From Candidatus Aenigmatarchaeota archaeon (GTDB taxonomy: Archaea; Aenigmatarchaeota; Aenigmatarchaeia; QMZS01): a stretch of DNA of 64,000 nucleotides. The stretch is taken from positions 146,167-210,166 of the forward strand of contig JAFGCN010000009.1 in NCBI GenBank assembly GCA_016932615.1, read 5' to 3'. Below are positions 38,504-47,895 of this stretch, in pieces. Within the stretch, counting starts at the first letter, position 1; each line of letters starts with the position of its first letter. The notes under the pieces are model-generated. The model saw only the letters and a list, made by a program, of their open reading frames with translations, had not been told where the DNA came from and ran no database searches. The position numbers and the translations under genes were made by a program.

Positions 38504-39214
38504 TTAGCGAAGTACTGCTCTTAGTGGCTCTCTGTGGGAATATGTTTGGTCAAGGAGAGCTATGCCACCATTAAATTTGGAAGCTGTTTCTGGAGCGTAA
38601 ATGAATGACAGTTCCTCCCCGTAAGGCCCCGGCTTTTTAACCACCTGTTCTGATAGATCTGCCAATGTACCGAAGAGGCATAAGGTCTGCAAGGCAGTTT
38701 TTCCTTTTGAATGACCGCATCTTTTTGAACTTTCTTCAGGCCTGCTTAAGGCCACCTGGTCTTTTGAGAAGTTGGAATACCCCCTACCCCCAAAACTATG
38801 CAGCATATCTAATGGAGGGGCGTATTCCTCGCTACTATTCAAGGCACCCACCAGATAGGTATTTGTACCCTTTGCAAGGAGTATGCCTTCAAGGCCAGGA
38901 TAGTCTTTGTTTCTTAGGGCATCAATGCTAGGTTTCACTAGGTCCAAAACCTGTTTTTTTAGCATATCTGTGCTTCCTTCTAGCAATTCCAATACGGGCT
39001 TTCCCTCAAAGGCACTAAGGTTAACGAGTTCTCTGGGAGTAAGAAATGCTTCACAACCATAATCTTCCCAAGTAAAGGTATCGGTCAGATGTCCTCCTCC
39101 CCACTCCAGTTGTGGCTTGGAAGAATCTTTGCAAGAGAACATGCGCTCGTAAGATTCCGTCTTGGGGAAGGCGATACCAACAAACTCGTACTGAACACCC
39201 TTTGATTTCATCAT
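38504..39214 (-). CDS. Hypothetical protein.
   Basis: Long ORF with an ATG start and no recognised motif. Confidence 0.4.
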   Translation of the reverse strand: MMKSKGVQYEFVGIAFPKTESYERMFSCKDSSKPQLEWGGGHLTDTFTWEDYGCEAFLTPRELVNLSAFEGKPVLELLEGSTDMLKKQVLDLVKPSIDALRNKDYPGLEGILLAKGTNTYLVGALNSSEEYAPPLDMLHSFGGRGYSNFSKDQVALSRPEESSKRCGHSKGKTALQTLCLFGTLADLSEQVVKKPGPYGEELSFIYAPETASKFNGGIALLDQTYSHREPLRAVLR

Positions 39215-39347
39215 AACTTAATCCTGAATGCAGGTATAAATGGTGTCTTGGATTTGTGTTTCTGGCGTAACTTTTTTGTATTTGACTTATCGTGTCGCGG
39301 GATTGGAAGGCGAACCTGTTAAATTTGAATATTCTGACTAATGTTAT

Positions 39348-39446
39348 GCCCTAGTAGCTCAGCTGGTTGAAGCTTGCCTTCAGGCTTCCGGCAAAGAGCG
39401 CGGGTTTCGTAAACCCGAGGTCGGGGGTTCGATCCCCCCCTAGGGC
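39348..39446 (+). tRNA. tRNA-Thr(CGU)-like gene, 99 nt. The canonical cloverleaf is interrupted by a ~25-nt insertion (non-canonical intron) inside the D-loop.
   Basis: Acceptor GCCCTAG/CTAGGGC. D-stem GCTC...GAGC separated by 35 nt instead of ~10. Anticodon arm CGGGT-TTCGTAA-ACCCG (U33, anticodon CGT, A37). Variable loop AGGTC. T-arm GGGGG-TTCGATC-CCCCC. A Leu(CAG) type-II fold was considered and is less consistent. Confidence 0.55.
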
Positions 39447-39556
39447 TATAATGTTTATCATGAGGACATTTCACCCGTAATGCTCCCGTTATGCAATCAT
39501 CTTCGAAAGTCCGAAATGATATATAACGTTTGAGGCAGTTATGATTATAGGATAAA

Positions 39557-42500
39557 ATGTCCAAAATATTTTTCGATGGGGGCAGTATTTCAAAAATTTT
39601 CCTTGCCTTCCTATTTGCGTTTTCACTTAATATTGCCTCGGTATCTGCGGCTTCTATATCAGGCCAATTTGAAGTGTCTGACACTATTACAAACCTAGGC
39701 ACTGTGGACTCAAGCAGGATTTCAAATATAATTTTGGACCGGGGGAGCGATGTGGTCTGGAGGGTATACCCTACGGGATACTGGAACTTGGGAGAATATC
39801 ACTTCTATGCAAAACTGGACAAGGTTTCAGGTAAGATTTACCTCCTTGCAAATTCTTCAAGCGAAGGCTCAGCCCTGGGTGTCATGATGCCTTCCATAAA
39901 TCTGCAGGATCGTTTTGGCCTTAGCCAGACCCCAGACTACACGCATTTTTGCGCTCAATATGATTCCACAAAGACTCTTTCTTATGATGTGCTTGCTCAG
40001 ACGGTTACAAGCCTAGCCTCCAGTGGTGCAATAGGGTCCGGAGCAACTCTATCAAAGGCACCGGTTTACAAAAGCAACTTCACGGACGGAGTTTATGTGC
40101 TCGGGTACTACATTTCTGCTTCTGAATTCGATGCTACCTCAAACAGCTTCCACAACTGGCCTTGGGGCACTGGAAGTGACGCATGCAAGTACTCAATTCT
40201 CTTTCCGATATGCGAATATAGCGAGGGTTCTGTAAGTGTGACCTTCAATATCGATAGCAGCCCAAGAAACTACCTGGTGTATGGTAGCCTATACAATGAC
40301 AACAATGAGAATACTTATTACCGGTATAATGGCGTCACATGGTTGCAGCGAAGCTACTGGGGACTGACCAATCAGGTAAGGTATGGCTCTTCTTCGGGCT
40401 ATCCCCAGCAAATAGAATTGTATGCAAGCAAGACCTGGTCAACAGTACACCCTTCAACTTGGATAGTGCTCGATACTGATTCAGTCAGTGTAACTGGAAC
40501 TCTGGCTGGGCAGGGCCCAACCAGTGTCAATGAAGCTGAAGCCCCAGACGTGCTTTACAAATTTAGCGTCACGAAAGCACCTCTTGATTGGCTTGAGGGC
40601 TCGGTGAGGAGAACAATAATAATAAACAACAGCGAGAGTTCCGAGGATCTTGCAAATTATCCTGTGTTGCTGCAGGTTCCTTATGATTTTTTCATGAGGC
40701 AGGATTATGGCGACCTTAGGTTTACTGACCTTGGCGAAAGCCCGTTAAATTACTGGATAGAGTCTTACAACGTAAGCTCTGCCGTTGTGTGGGTAAAGAT
40801 TCCATCAATTCCTGCTGGTGGAGAGACATCCATTTATATGTATTATGGTAACTCGACTCTCACGAACATTGGCAATGGCAACTTGGTTTTCCCTTTCTTT
40901 GAGGATTTCAATGACGGAAGTCTGGATCCATACTGGACCAAAGTCAATTCAGAGGCCAATATTTTTGAGAATAATGGGTATCTGGAGACTCCGGAATGCG
41001 GGGTTCCGGGAGAGGCAGACTGCAAATATGGATATGCTTTTGTTTACATGAACGCCGCTTCCAATGGAATCAGTATTAATCAGCCATTCAGGATAAAGCT
41101 GAAGACCTGGAACAAGGAGGACAGCGCTGGCGGTGAAGGGGCAGGAACTTTCATGTTCCGGGAAGTGCCTTACGTTGGAATTAACCCTAATGCAGTCTAT
41201 TTTTTGCATGGTGACCGGAATAATTATCCGGGGTTCTATGAAGGCCATGATGGGCCACTGAGTTTTGGAATTTACTCGCCGATGCAGGATAGGTGGATTT
41301 CTGAAGAATTCCTATATGACGGGAGTGGAATGGGTCTTTGGTTTGACGGGACAAAAAGAAGCACCACTGCATGGGCTTCTGCTGAGGGGTACGTTTCTCT
41401 TGGAAATTCAATAGGCAGCGATTCCTATTCGACAGACAACAATAAATGGGACGACCTATTCATGATGCAGGTGGCATCAAAAGAGCCAGTCGTGAAGCTT
41501 GGAGATATTGAAACTGGCGATGGAACAGAGGAACCCATTCAGAACATAATTTCCGCAAATATTTTGCTTTTTGATGAGGAATATAACCCACTATATTCCA
41601 GTATTGGTCAAGAAGAATCCACCGCATATTTGACTTTGAAAAAACCGCATTACTTAGATATCTTAGTCAATGGTACCGTTTCTACAGATTCGCAGATTAG
41701 TGTAGAACTTTATCAGGGGAGCACGCTTAAATTTTCGGAAGACTTGGACACAATAATACAGCAGGAGGGTTCATATGCCTATATAAAATCGGGTGAGATT
41801 TTCTCTGTTCCGGAAAGCGCAGGCATTGGCTCTGGATATAAATTAGTGGTTAAGCTGGGAGATTATGTATTGAATCAGGAGGTTTATCTTACTCCTTTTG
41901 AGGCTGTGCCGATTGATGTTTTTGGCCAGGAATATCCTGTGGCTGGAGAGGTCAGGTATTATGATATAAAGCCCTATGAGTTGAGCCATAACGGGAATGA
42001 AGTGGTGATTGCCTACCCGATTTTTGAGCAGCAATATTTCGAAAGCCTTAGTGATGAAGGATTTGGTGTTTCCGACCCGGAAAGAGTTAAAGCCTTGGTG
42101 CAAAAGCTGTCCGTGCTTGAGTTAGTGGGTTTGACGGAAGTTGCGGCAAAATATCCAAATGCCCGGTTTGTGGTTTTTAACGGGTTGAAAGGAGATGCTG
42201 AAGTAATCTCTCAGGTAGAAGGAAACATAAAGTCCGCAAGAGCATCAAACAAAAAGCCGCTCATAGTTGGTGCGATACCCCATGCAACCCAAACCTACAG
42301 CAATATAGTCACTACTAAGGCATACCGATCTTCATATATGAGTTATGCTTTGGCTTCTTCCATTAATGTTCTCAGAACCTGGGGAGGCGAAGACAGAGAA
42401 ACTTTTGTTTCAAGGCATTATCGGGGTGAAGAATACTTCCTTGCTTTAAATTCGACTGGAAAGTATTCAAAAGAAAGCTTTGGTGACCGGACCGAATCTC

Positions 42501-45500
42501 AGCCGGCGATGCTTGTGGCAATAGACGAAAATCCACTGCTTCAGGTGTCTCCTGCGATTGGCAATGACGCTAGAGATGAGGCTGGAAAGGATAATTATGA
42601 CTATTACCGAATTGGGACCTTAATTCCTCTAGGACATACCTATTACTTAGGTCTTGAAGCAGGAAAGTTCCCCCTTGCAGAGTTTAGCCTGAATCCTTCG
42701 ATGGCAGGATTAAAGTTTGGAAGAACCATTTTTAACTTCGGTCTTGAATTTGGAATAAATGCCGAGAGGACAGAAGACCGTGGGAAGATTTATGCCTATT
42801 TGGATATTGGTGCCATAATTACGGGTTTCCATGAAGAGTGGGACCTTTGGAAGGGAGCTATTAATGTGAATACGATTGACCAGGATGTCCAGCAGGGGGT
42901 TGACGATATTTGCGATATAGATACAGTTGTTCTTGGAAAAGTTGGAGATATTGAAATTGAAAATACCAACCTTAGAGGCATAATGACTTCTTTCAAGGAC
43001 ATTGTACTCTTCCTGTTTGTCCCAGAACCTGTGATTGCCAGGAATGAATTCCTGAGGTATGGATTTGAGCCTAGCAGTGTTCATACCTTGCTGGCAGATA
43101 CAACAAAGACGATGGCAACGCATAATCAGCCTGTTTCAGACACGGTTGTCTATGAGGCAGACAATTATCCTTCCAAGATGAGCCTGAATAATGCTGCAAT
43201 GAATCTTGCTGCCTTTGTCATAGACCTTGTGGAGTTTGGTGAGGGTGTGCTTCCGGTTGAGATTGAGCCAAGCCTCGAGGGTAAGATGCATATGGAGAAC
43301 TATCTCGGGTCTTCAGATAGCATCAATTCAATAATAGTTTCTGAAGACGTTGCTCTCACCTTGAGAGGTCTTGCCGTAGATGTTATTGAAGATCCTTGGG
43401 CAGATGTTCCTAGTGACATTAAAGATGTCGCTGGATACCTTAAAGATGAAACTTTTAAGTCCGTTGATGTCTTTGAGGAGATAACTCTTTCCGGATACGA
43501 GTATATCTCGGTAAGTATGGAGTATTTGGAATATAGCAGGTATGAAGATTTCGCAAGTGGGTTAGTGGAAGAATACCTCTACTATGAGTCCCTTGAGATG
43601 GAGTATATGGAGGTCTGGACCTCAAAAGTCAAGGTCAAGACAGGAACCATAGATTACGAGAAAATCAAGAAATACCTGAAATGGGTTAAGATTATTGCTG
43701 CAGGACTCGATGCATGGCTTCAGTACGAAGAGGCACAGAAGGTTGCAGGGTTCAATTCCAACCAGCTTTACTATATGGGTGACCCATACCTTACCGGTTA
43801 TGATGACCCGGTTTACAGCTTTTCGGTGGACGCTTTGCCTGAGCAGGTGCAAATACACATAAGGTCTGAGCCAAGGTTGATGGAGGTTATGGACACAAGT
43901 ATGATTTATCCAAGCGTGACCGAACTCGAGATACCAGATATGACTGCAAAAGTGCTGGTAGAAGATTATACTCCCTACACAGGAGCCCCTCAGACGCCAA
44001 GTTTCATAATCTCAATATTTCACCCCAGAAATCAGGAGATCTACAATATTTCCTATGGGCTCTTAAGTCCCCAGAATTTTGAAAATGTAGACCTTGCAAT
44101 GGGGGCTCTGGTTGTCGGTGAGGAGAGCCTTCCGGGCTTGATACCAGAATATGAATACTATCCGAAAGAAAGCCTGGTTTCCAGCACGGAAGATGTTGCA
44201 AATTATGCCCATACTGTGATCATGCTGTTCCCAACTAAGTATTACTCAGACAAGCACTTGGACTACTACAAGGATGTCTGGCTTAACTTCAGTGTTATGA
44301 CTCGTTCTACAGAGCTAAATACTGAGCTTCAAGTGTATCCAAATGTAGTGGTCACAGAAAGAGGTTCTGAGACTAAGGTTACTCTGCGTCTAGTCAATGA
44401 TATACTTTCCGGTGAAAATACCGCAGTAAATGTTACCTTTAGGGTGCCCGAAGGGATACTGCTTGGGGGAGGCGACCTAGAGAATGTGGTGCTTGGCAAT
44501 ACCCCCTCTGATTACAGCAGGGACTTTTTGTATGAAGTAAGCATTCCCGCAAGCACGGAGCTAGGGGCGTATTATATAAATATGAACCTTTCTGGATATG
44601 AAGGTTCGGAAAGGATTTACAGGGACTATGCGCTTCCAGTTATTGTTACTCGCAGGGACTTGGTGGACAATAATCTGCTTGAGTGGACAGTTCCTCCCAG
44701 GATGCAGATGGGAGTCGAGAATAAAGTTTCAGTGAAGGTAAGAAACGACGGAGAAATTAAAAATGTAGCCCTTCCAGTGAGACTTTTTCTAAACGATGAG
44801 CTAATTGATACACAAACAATAGGCATTATTGGTCCTGGCGAAGTTGTTGAACTGAACTTTACCGTTGTTCCTGAGCTAACTGGTCTAAGCAACCTTACCA
44901 TTGCAGTGGTTTCAGCGCCCAACGAGTTTGAGCTTGAAAACAACATTAAGTCGGCATTGGTTGAAGTGTCTGAGGATATATGCCCTCCAATGATAACTCT
45001 CGCCACACCTTCAGATGGAGCCGTTTACTTCCTCAACCAGCAGGTCCTTGCCGATTACGAATGCACCGACGCTCTCAGCGGAGTCACCTCATGCACGGGA
45101 GCGGTTGAACTCGGAAGCCTAATTGACACTGCAAGCCTTGGCATTAAGTCCTTTACGGTTGCTTCAGCAGATAATGCGGGTAACACTGCAGAAAAAACTG
45201 TCTCCTACAGCGTCCAGTATTCTTACAGCGGAATCCTCAGGCCAATTGACCCCGATGGCACAAGTGTCTTCAAGCTCGGAAGCACGGTTCCGGTAAAGTT
45301 TAAGCTAACTGACGCTAGTGGGAACTTTGTTAAGACTGCGGTTGCAAAAATTTACCTGTCTAAAATAAGCAATGGCGTTATGGGAACAGAGGTTGATGCT
45401 GTGTCTACAAGCCAGGCTTCGACGGGAAACCTGTTTAGGTATGATGAAACTGCTAACCAATACGTGTTTAATCTTGCTACAAAATCTATGACGGTTGGAA

Positions 45501-45565
45501 CCTGGAAGATAAGAATTTTGCTGGATGATGGCACTTCCCGGTATGTAACCCTGGGCCTCAGGTAA
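39557..45565 (+). CDS. Giant secreted surface protein (2002 aa) with a signal peptide. It shares a jelly-roll-type module with the first giant protein and has Big-like domains near the C-terminus. No C-terminal TM.
   Basis: Signal MSKIF...LAFLFAFSLNIASVSA. The module IYMYYGNSTLTN...FPFFEDFNDGSLDPYW parallels VYMYYNNSGVST...FLLFDDFNDASLDTDKW in the 1..5327 protein. Confidence 0.7.
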   Translation: MSKIFFDGGSISKIFLAFLFAFSLNIASVSAASISGQFEVSDTITNLGTVDSSRISNIILDRGSDVVWRVYPTGYWNLGEYHFYAKLDKVSGKIYLLANSSSEGSALGVMMPSINLQDRFGLSQTPDYTHFCAQYDSTKTLSYDVLAQTVTSLASSGAIGSGATLSKAPVYKSNFTDGVYVLGYYISASEFDATSNSFHNWPWGTGSDACKYSILFPICEYSEGSVSVTFNIDSSPRNYLVYGSLYNDNNENTYYRYNGVTWLQRSYWGLTNQVRYGSSSGYPQQIELYASKTWSTVHPSTWIVLDTDSVSVTGTLAGQGPTSVNEAEAPDVLYKFSVTKAPLDWLEGSVRRTIIINNSESSEDLANYPVLLQVPYDFFMRQDYGDLRFTDLGESPLNYWIESYNVSSAVVWVKIPSIPAGGETSIYMYYGNSTLTNIGNGNLVFPFFEDFNDGSLDPYWTKVNSEANIFENNGYLETPECGVPGEADCKYGYAFVYMNAASNGISINQPFRIKLKTWNKEDSAGGEGAGTFMFREVPYVGINPNAVYFLHGDRNNYPGFYEGHDGPLSFGIYSPMQDRWISEEFLYDGSGMGLWFDGTKRSTTAWASAEGYVSLGNSIGSDSYSTDNNKWDDLFMMQVASKEPVVKLGDIETGDGTEEPIQNIISANILLFDEEYNPLYSSIGQEESTAYLTLKKPHYLDILVNGTVSTDSQISVELYQGSTLKFSEDLDTIIQQEGSYAYIKSGEIFSVPESAGIGSGYKLVVKLGDYVLNQEVYLTPFEAVPIDVFGQEYPVAGEVRYYDIKPYELSHNGNEVVIAYPIFEQQYFESLSDEGFGVSDPERVKALVQKLSVLELVGLTEVAAKYPNARFVVFNGLKGDAEVISQVEGNIKSARASNKKPLIVGAIPHATQTYSNIVTTKAYRSSYMSYALASSINVLRTWGGEDRETFVSRHYRGEEYFLALNSTGKYSKESFGDRTESQPAMLVAIDENPLLQVSPAIGNDARDEAGKDNYDYYRIGTLIPLGHTYYLGLEAGKFPLAEFSLNPSMAGLKFGRTIFNFGLEFGINAERTEDRGKIYAYLDIGAIITGFHEEWDLWKGAINVNTIDQDVQQGVDDICDIDTVVLGKVGDIEIENTNLRGIMTSFKDIVLFLFVPEPVIARNEFLRYGFEPSSVHTLLADTTKTMATHNQPVSDTVVYEADNYPSKMSLNNAAMNLAAFVIDLVEFGEGVLPVEIEPSLEGKMHMENYLGSSDSINSIIVSEDVALTLRGLAVDVIEDPWADVPSDIKDVAGYLKDETFKSVDVFEEITLSGYEYISVSMEYLEYSRYEDFASGLVEEYLYYESLEMEYMEVWTSKVKVKTGTIDYEKIKKYLKWVKIIAAGLDAWLQYEEAQKVAGFNSNQLYYMGDPYLTGYDDPVYSFSVDALPEQVQIHIRSEPRLMEVMDTSMIYPSVTELEIPDMTAKVLVEDYTPYTGAPQTPSFIISIFHPRNQEIYNISYGLLSPQNFENVDLAMGALVVGEESLPGLIPEYEYYPKESLVSSTEDVANYAHTVIMLFPTKYYSDKHLDYYKDVWLNFSVMTRSTELNTELQVYPNVVVTERGSETKVTLRLVNDILSGENTAVNVTFRVPEGILLGGGDLENVVLGNTPSDYSRDFLYEVSIPASTELGAYYINMNLSGYEGSERIYRDYALPVIVTRRDLVDNNLLEWTVPPRMQMGVENKVSVKVRNDGEIKNVALPVRLFLNDELIDTQTIGIIGPGEVVELNFTVVPELTGLSNLTIAVVSAPNEFELENNIKSALVEVSEDICPPMITLATPSDGAVYFLNQQVLADYECTDALSGVTSCTGAVELGSLIDTASLGIKSFTVASADNAGNTAEKTVSYSVQYSYSGILRPIDPDGTSVFKLGSTVPVKFKLTDASGNFVKTAVAKIYLSKISNGVMGTEVDAVSTSQASTGNLFRYDETANQYVFNLATKSMTVGTWKIRILLDDGTSRYVTLGLR

Positions 45566-45600
45566 GCATTGCGTTTTGAGTTTGTTTGGGACCATGCAGT
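45566..45600 (+). terminator. Oligo-T tract (gcgttttgagtttgtttggg) after the 2002-aa gene, a possible archaeal intrinsic terminator.
   Basis: A T-run immediately after the stop, followed by a convergent gene downstream. Confidence 0.25.
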
Positions 45601-45651
45601 ATGTTTGATGAACCTGAAATGTCTCTCCGGGTTTTCTTTTGGGCAATATCC

Positions 45652-46305
45652 CTATTGCTTGAGCTCTGCCCGCCTCTGATTTTTTCTTGCAGGAAGAAAG
45701 CGCCTGAAAAAATTACGGATGTAACCGATTATAATTACCAGCGCAAGTATTCCCCAGAGGTTTGAAAGCAAAATTTCAGAAATTGCTGACAGTGCTTCGG
45801 TCTTTGGCACTGCGTTTATGACTTCGACAACTTTTGCAAATATCCAGGCGACAATTATCGTGCTTATCCCTGCCGCAATAGGTGACACCATCCACCAGCT
45901 TTTTTCATACCTTCTTGAAAGGTAATCCGTGTAGCCAAAAAACAGGGAAAATGCGAAAAACCAGTTTAAGTTTGCAGCCAGAAAGTCAGCCATTGACATC
46001 ACAAAGCTGCTCTGGAGGAGCGTGTTCATTATCCGCATGATAAATATCCCGAATGCCAGGAGGACTATCCCGATTATGCTTGCAAGAAACGGCCCGATTA
46101 TGCTGAGATCTCCAAACCAGTAGCACGTACCGGAAATCCCGCAATTTCTGATCCGTTTCTTTGCTCTCGCGCCGATGTCTTCGGCCTCTTCGCCAAGTTC
46201 CTTTGCCCGCCTTTCCATGACATTGCCAAACTCATCGCCCCATTCGTTCCATTCCCTTTCGGTTTTGCCAAAAACTTTTTTCGGCCGGGGAGATTTATTT
46301 TCCAT
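45652..46305 (-). CDS. Integral membrane protein, hypothetical.
   Basis: Several hydrophobic helices after a charged N-terminus. Confidence 0.4.
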   Translation of the reverse strand: MENKSPRPKKVFGKTEREWNEWGDEFGNVMERRAKELGEEAEDIGARAKKRIRNCGISGTCYWFGDLSIIGPFLASIIGIVLLAFGIFIMRIMNTLLQSSFVMSMADFLAANLNWFFAFSLFFGYTDYLSRRYEKSWWMVSPIAAGISTIIVAWIFAKVVEVINAVPKTEALSAISEILLSNLWGILALVIIIGYIRNFFRRFLPARKNQRRAELKQ

Positions 46306-46327
46306 CGTCCTATAATAGTATATATAC

Positions 46328-47137
46328 TTATCTAGAGAATACCCTCCTGAGAAGGATTATGGCCAGAAATATGGAGAGGTTAACGAGGACAATGGTTCCG
46401 GATACCGCAAAGTCAAAGTAGTATGCGGCCACAAGCCCCAAAACAACGGAAAGCACGGCGATTGCAGCAGATGAGATGAGGGTATTTCTGAAGCTGAGCT
46501 TTAGCTGCAGTGCAGAGGTGGCGGGCATAATTATCAGGGCTGAAGCGAGAAGAAGTCCAACAACCCTCATTGAGCTTACGACGGTTACTGCGGTAAGAGC
46601 GATAAGGGCAGTGTTCAGGGCATCAACTTTCACGCCAGAGGTTCTTGCCGAATCTTCGTCAAAAGTAAGGTAGACAAGCTCGCGGTAGAAAAGCGCGATA
46701 ACTCCGATTACGCAGGCGGAAAGAAACACTGAGAGCAGGACCTCCTCGCTTCTTATAGACAGGATGCTTCCGAAAAGGTAGCTTAGAATGTCCACGTTGA
46801 ACCCGCCTGCAATGCTTGCAATGAATACGCCTATTCCAAGGCCCGCATGGCTTACCATGCCTATTGCAGCGTCCCCGTACAGCCGGGCTTTTTCCCTAAG
46901 CTTCAGGATTCCAAGTGAACCGATTACCCCGAAAATCAGGGCACCAAAAAAAGGCATTATGTTGAAAAGAAGCCCGGTTGCAATGCCTCCAAATGATATG
47001 TGAGCAATCCCGTCACCCATAAGGGCGTACCTCCTGAGGACCAGGAAAACGCCAAGAAGAGAGCAGGCAATGGCGATAACTATCCCGGTTAAAAATGCCT
47101 TTTGCATAAACCCATATCCGATAATTTCGAAAACCAT
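46328..47137 (-). CDS. znuB: Zinc/manganese ABC transporter permease (ZnuB/TroCD family).
   Basis: Polytopic membrane protein typical of ABC-3 permeases. The ORF-track start at 47158 is TTG, and the ATG (MVFEIIGYG) at 47137 is more likely. Forms an operon with znuC and znuA. Confidence 0.7.
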   Translation of the reverse strand: MVFEIIGYGFMQKAFLTGIVIAIACSLLGVFLVLRRYALMGDGIAHISFGGIATGLLFNIMPFFGALIFGVIGSLGILKLREKARLYGDAAIGMVSHAGLGIGVFIASIAGGFNVDILSYLFGSILSIRSEEVLLSVFLSACVIGVIALFYRELVYLTFDEDSARTSGVKVDALNTALIALTAVTVVSSMRVVGLLLASALIIMPATSALQLKLSFRNTLISSAAIAVLSVVLGLVAAYYFDFAVSGTIVLVNLSIFLAIILLRRVFSR

Positions 47138-47139
47138 AT

Positions 47140-47889
47140 TCAGCCCCTGTGAAGGCAAAGCATATGCTCGCCTTCCGAAAGCTTGTGCCCGTGCTTTTTG
47201 TCATAGACGCAGAAGTCCTTGTGGCTTCCGTAGAACTCGAGCGTCTGGTTCAAGCTTGCAACCTTTGTGACGTGGCGTGTGATTCTTCCAATGTCATGCG
47301 ATACCAGGACGATTGTTATGCCCTTGGAATTAAGTTTTCCCAAAAGCCGGTAGAAGTTTTCCTGCGACTTTATGTCAACGCCGGTCGTCGGCTCGTCGAG
47401 AAAAAGTATTTCCGGCTTCGAAACAATGGCCCTTGCGATGAACACCCTCTGCTGCTGCCCTCCTGAAAGCTCCCCTATTCTTCTTTTCGAGTAGCCGTCC
47501 ATGTCGACGGTTTTAAGCGCAGCCATCAGCGTCTCTTTTTCCTGTTTGCCAAGAACCTTTGGAAAGCGCATTTTTGACAGGAGCCCCATGGCGGCAACTT
47601 CTATTACGGTTGCGGGAAAGTTAGGGTCTATGCTCGTCGCTTTCTGCGGGACGTACCCGATTTTGCTCCATCCGGAGAAGTTTGAGATGCTATCGCCAAA
47701 GAGCTTTATTGAGCCCTTTTGGAGCTTGTAGAGCCCGAGCATTAGCTTCAGGAGGGTTGTTTTTCCGGAGCCGTTCGGGCCGATAAGCCCCACAAAATCG
47801 CCCTTGTAAATCTCCAGGGAAATGTCTGACAAGACTTTAAGTTTTCCAAATTTAAAATCCACCCCCTTCACCTCAACTAATGGCCCCAT
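47140..47889 (-). CDS. znuC: Zinc/manganese ABC transporter ATP-binding protein.
   Basis: Walker A GPNGSGKTTLLK, signature LSGGQQQRV, Walker B ILFLDEPT. Confidence 0.75.
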   Translation of the reverse strand: MGPLVEVKGVDFKFGKLKVLSDISLEIYKGDFVGLIGPNGSGKTTLLKLMLGLYKLQKGSIKLFGDSISNFSGWSKIGYVPQKATSIDPNFPATVIEVAAMGLLSKMRFPKVLGKQEKETLMAALKTVDMDGYSKRRIGELSGGQQQRVFIARAIVSKPEILFLDEPTTGVDIKSQENFYRLLGKLNSKGITIVLVSHDIGRITRHVTKVASLNQTLEFYGSHKDFCVYDKKHGHKLSEGEHMLCLHRG

Positions 47890-47895
47890 ATTGAT

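Noticed and set aside
39371-39395. tRNA 39348..39446 read as a type-II tRNA-Leu(CAG), using TTGCC/GGCAA as the anticodon stem.
   Set aside because: That fold needs an 11-nt anticodon loop and a 28-nt variable region. The Thr(CGU) fold leaves only one anomaly, the D-loop insertion.
39319-39702. 127-aa minus-strand ORF.
   Set aside because: It overlaps the tRNA-Thr gene and the 5' end of the 2002-aa gene on the opposite strand. It is most likely an antisense artefact.
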